Shown: positions 60,980 through 64,000 of the stretch, one piece after another
Position numbering within the stretch: the first letter of the stretch is position 1
How the letters are laid out: every line of letters begins with the position of its first letter
DNA from: Selaginella moellendorffii
Taxonomy: Eukaryota; Plantae; Lycopodiophyta
Length of the DNA: 64,000 nucleotides
Reading direction: 5' to 3'
Assembly (NCBI RefSeq): GCF_000143415.4
Contig: NW_003314296.1
Coordinates: 1,463,858 to 1,527,857, forward strand
Translations under genes and position numbers: made by a program
The notes under the pieces: model-generated
Told to the model about the DNA's origin: nothing
The model's database searches: none
What the model saw: the letters and a program-made list of their open reading frames with translations, nothing else

Positions 60980-62103
60980 ATGGAGGATTTTGAGAACTAC
61001 CAGGGACACGAATCACACTCTGATCCATCCAAGCCCTTCGACGATGGCTACTCGGGCTACGATCCGCGCATTAACTCGGCCAGATTCGACGACTCCTTCC
61101 GGATGCCCTCTTACTCGGACGAGCATTTCCCTCCTGTAGAGGAATCCAAGGACGATGTCTACGACAACCTGGGCGATGCGTCGCCTGGATACGAGCCCCC
61201 GAGCTTCGAGAATGGGGTCCATGGAGTGAGCATGGACTCTCCCTCCAATGCGTTTGGTGATTCCTTTTCCGAGCACCAGGATTTCGGTTCCAGGGGGAAT
61301 TTCTCTCCGGCCGCCAGCGATTTGAACGGGCAGAGCTTCCCAGCTGCCGAGGAGGGCTACGAGTTTATGGAGGCTCCGGTGTTTGGGTCTGGAAACAATG
61401 GCTCTGTTCTTCCTCCACCCGAGGAGATGGAACCGGAAGAAGGATTTTTGCTCCGAGAGTGGAAGAGGTAAGTGCTGGTCTCTTCGATCGAGTTTGGCTT
61501 TGTTCTTACGTGTTTTTTTGTTTCGTATCTTGGCAGGCAGAACGCTGAGAAGCTGGCCGAGAAGGAACGCCTGGAGAAAGAGCGACTGACTATGATCATG
61601 GACGACGCCGACGCTTACAAGGACGAGTTCCTGGCCAAGAGGCACTCCCACTGCGAAGCCCAGAAGAACAACAACCGCGACAAAGAGAAGGTAAGCAAGA
61701 AAAAAGAAAAATCACTCTTTGCTCTTGCTAAAGCGTGGGATCGCCACAGGTTTTCCTGGCCGGCCAGGAGCACTTCCACAAGAGCGCCGACAAGCACTAC
61801 TGGAAGGCAGTGTCGGAGCTCATCCCCGCGGAGATCCCGACAATCGAGACCAAGCGCAACAAAGACAGGAACAAAGTCACGGTGATCTTCAACCAGGGGC
61901 CCAAGCCAGGGAAGGCCACGGATCTGTCGAGGATGCGTCAGATCCTCCTCAAACTCAAGCACAATCCACCGGCTCACATGAAGACCGCCCCGCCGCCGCC
62001 ACCGCCCAAGGCCGCCGAGGGAGGAGACAAAGCCAAGGAAGCCGAGAACAAAGCTCCGCCAGCGGCATCGCCGCCTCCTCCCGTGGTGGAGGCCGCCGCT
62101 TGA
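60980..62103 (+). CDS. CLC: Clathrin light chain; exons 60980-61467, 61537-61690 and 61750-62103, 331 aa
   Basis: [33 protein letters not shown] and [25 protein letters not shown]. Two short GT-AG introns give an in-frame product. Confidence 0.93.
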
Positions 62104-62569
62104 TCGCCATCGCTTCTCTTTTCTTGGAGCTAGCAGTGTTCTTACAAGCTCTTAGCTTGTGTAAAGATGATCTCTCATTGGTTTATATCTAAACGATAGC
62201 TTGCTACGAATCAAACCAAAGTTTCTTCATGTTCTTACTGATCAACTTCTCTGGATTCTTTGTTCTCATTGATAAGTCAAGCCAAGTCAACGTTCGTCTT
62301 GGAATTTAGGGCCTACGTGGCAGATTCAGCTGAAACCGGTAGTTACTGGATGAAAGTTTTCGGCTGACTATCCTTACCTGGAGCGCGCATCAAACCAACT
62401 GTCTAGAGACCCTCTTTCTCTTTCTCTCTAGTTCTTCTTTCACCCTCGATTCCTCTCTTTTTCCTCAAATTTCCACTTGGTGGATCATCAGCAGCAGGAG
62501 TTTCAATCGAAAAGAAGAAAGAGATTACCGGGATGGGATCGCGAGGCTCCTGGAAACCGTGAGTATAGC

Positions 62570-63898
62570 ATGCCTGCGCCCGCATTCCGCCCCGACCGGA
62601 TAGGAGAAGGCTACAAACCGGCCTCGTACTACAAGCGCTCAAACATCCTGCGAAGGTTTTGCCACCAGAAGAAGCGTAAGGAAGTCGACCCACACTACCA
62701 GCAGTACTACCAGGGCCGCCTCCTCACCGACGTCACCGAGGTCCTCAAGCCCAGTTTACCGGGTAGCCCCTTCAAAGACCCGGTCTTCTTCCCGCACCAC
62801 TGCACCGACGTTACCGAGATCTACGAGAACGCCGGCAAGCTCACCAAGCGCCCCGCCACCGCGCCCGACGTTAGCCACGGCGTGAAGAACTCGGACGTCA
62901 CAGAGACCAACCGGATCATACCTCCGGGCCACCTTGGCAAAGACCCACACAAGATCCGGCTGCCGTACTTTGGGATACGTACGTCGTCCGTCACGGACCC
63001 GTCGAGATACATAGACACGTCCGGTTTGCCACTGCTAAGCTGGTGGGAGAACCGCCCAAACTCGAGGATGCCTGCGAGGCCACAGACGGCCCCGGCGGTG
63101 GTGTATCCCCAGCATATGAATCCAGTGCTGTTGCAGAAGCACATACTGGAGAGGAGACCGTATCGGCGGAGCGAGTTCGTGGCGGAGAAGCGGCGGCTCT
63201 ACAGTGCATCGAAGCCACCATCCTTGGATGCCTCCACGCCGAGATCGGATCATCAGGCTGGGAAGAACAGCAATCGCGAGTTACTGACGTCTCGGTCGCA
63301 GCTCAACTCGGCGAGGAGTAACGTGTCGAGCATGACGGAGAAGACGTCGTCGGCGAGGTCGGACAAGCCCCCGGCGTCGGCAAGATCGTCCGCGAAGTCC
63401 CAAGCGTCGTCGGCGCCGCAGCACTCGACCAAGTCCCAGATGTCTGGAACTGGAACTAACAAGTCGGACAAGACCAAGGCTTCCGGAAGCTGTGGATTGA
63501 AAGATCTCGAGGTGGGCAGCTCCAAGAGATCCGAGGGAGCTCGATCCAACCCGCCAGTAGCACCAGCAGCGACAGCAACTTCGGAGAAAACTCCGCCTTC
63601 CAAGCCGCCATCGTCCAGAGCGACCAAGTCTTCCTCGTCTGGAAAGCCGCCAAAGCCACCGCCGCCATCGTCGTCGTCTTTGGTGAATCCTCGCAACTCG
63701 CTGCCGGGATTTCCATCGCTCACGGCGGAGGCGCTCGAGAAGCTGGGGCCCGAAAAGATGGACAGGGTCACCAAGTGGGCGGGAGAGCTCCAGACTTGGG
63801 CGATACCGGACCATCGATCAAGGCCTCCAAAGCCAGTTTATTATGAAAGGGATCACGGGAGGAAGAAGACCGACGTGACCGATAACTACGTCTGGTAG
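62570..63898 (+). CDS. Uncharacterised basic, S/P-rich protein with RPxTAP and TDVTE repeats; start uncertain
   Basis: Long GC-rich ORF (442 aa from the first ATG) ending at the boundary with AT-rich DNA. No domain recognised. Confidence 0.72.
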   Translation: MPAPAFRPDRIGEGYKPASYYKRSNILRRFCHQKKRKEVDPHYQQYYQGRLLTDVTEVLKPSLPGSPFKDPVFFPHHCTDVTEIYENAGKLTKRPATAPDVSHGVKNSDVTETNRIIPPGHLGKDPHKIRLPYFGIRTSSVTDPSRYIDTSGLPLLSWWENRPNSRMPARPQTAPAVVYPQHMNPVLLQKHILERRPYRRSEFVAEKRRLYSASKPPSLDASTPRSDHQAGKNSNRELLTSRSQLNSARSNVSSMTEKTSSARSDKPPASARSSAKSQASSAPQHSTKSQMSGTGTNKSDKTKASGSCGLKDLEVGSSKRSEGARSNPPVAPAATATSEKTPPSKPPSSRATKSSSSGKPPKPPPPSSSSLVNPRNSLPGFPSLTAEALEKLGPEKMDRVTKWAGELQTWAIPDHRSRPPKPVYYERDHGRKKTDVTDNYVW

Positions 63899-64000
63899 AG
63901 GAATTAGATATGATTTTATTTCTTACTTCAGTCAATAATGAAATTATCATTTCAATTAATAGTTTAATAAAACTAAAACAATATCTCTAGATAAGTCAAA

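Overview
This is eukaryotic land-plant genomic DNA. GC-rich exons, 50-70 bp introns and compact gene spacing suggest a Selaginella-like lycophyte (inference). Genes: a MOT-family molybdate transporter, a J-domain/DUF3444 gene with two inverted truncated paralogs, multi-exon EAF1, divergent SEC23 and clathrin light chain genes, and an orphan ORF with RPxTAP and TDVTE repeats. The centre (about 26.8-56.7 kb) is a retrotransposon island with at least four interacting families. Family B is a non-coding LARD-like element with 1.7-kb LTRs; it has one very young intact copy (47439-55023, TSD ATGAA), one older nested copy and several solo LTRs. Family C is a TRIM with ~195-bp LTRs that carry a 5S rRNA-derived segment (Cassandra-like). 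Family D is a decayed Ty3/gypsy gag-pol element with TGTAGCGC-type LTR ends. The fourth is a 162-bp mini-LTR. The most interesting signals are the 5S-like segment in family C, a fainter echo of it in family B, a conserved five-hairpin array with tandem tRNA T-arm mimics inside family B, and a multi-level nested insertion series resolved by TSDs. All comparisons were made by eye.
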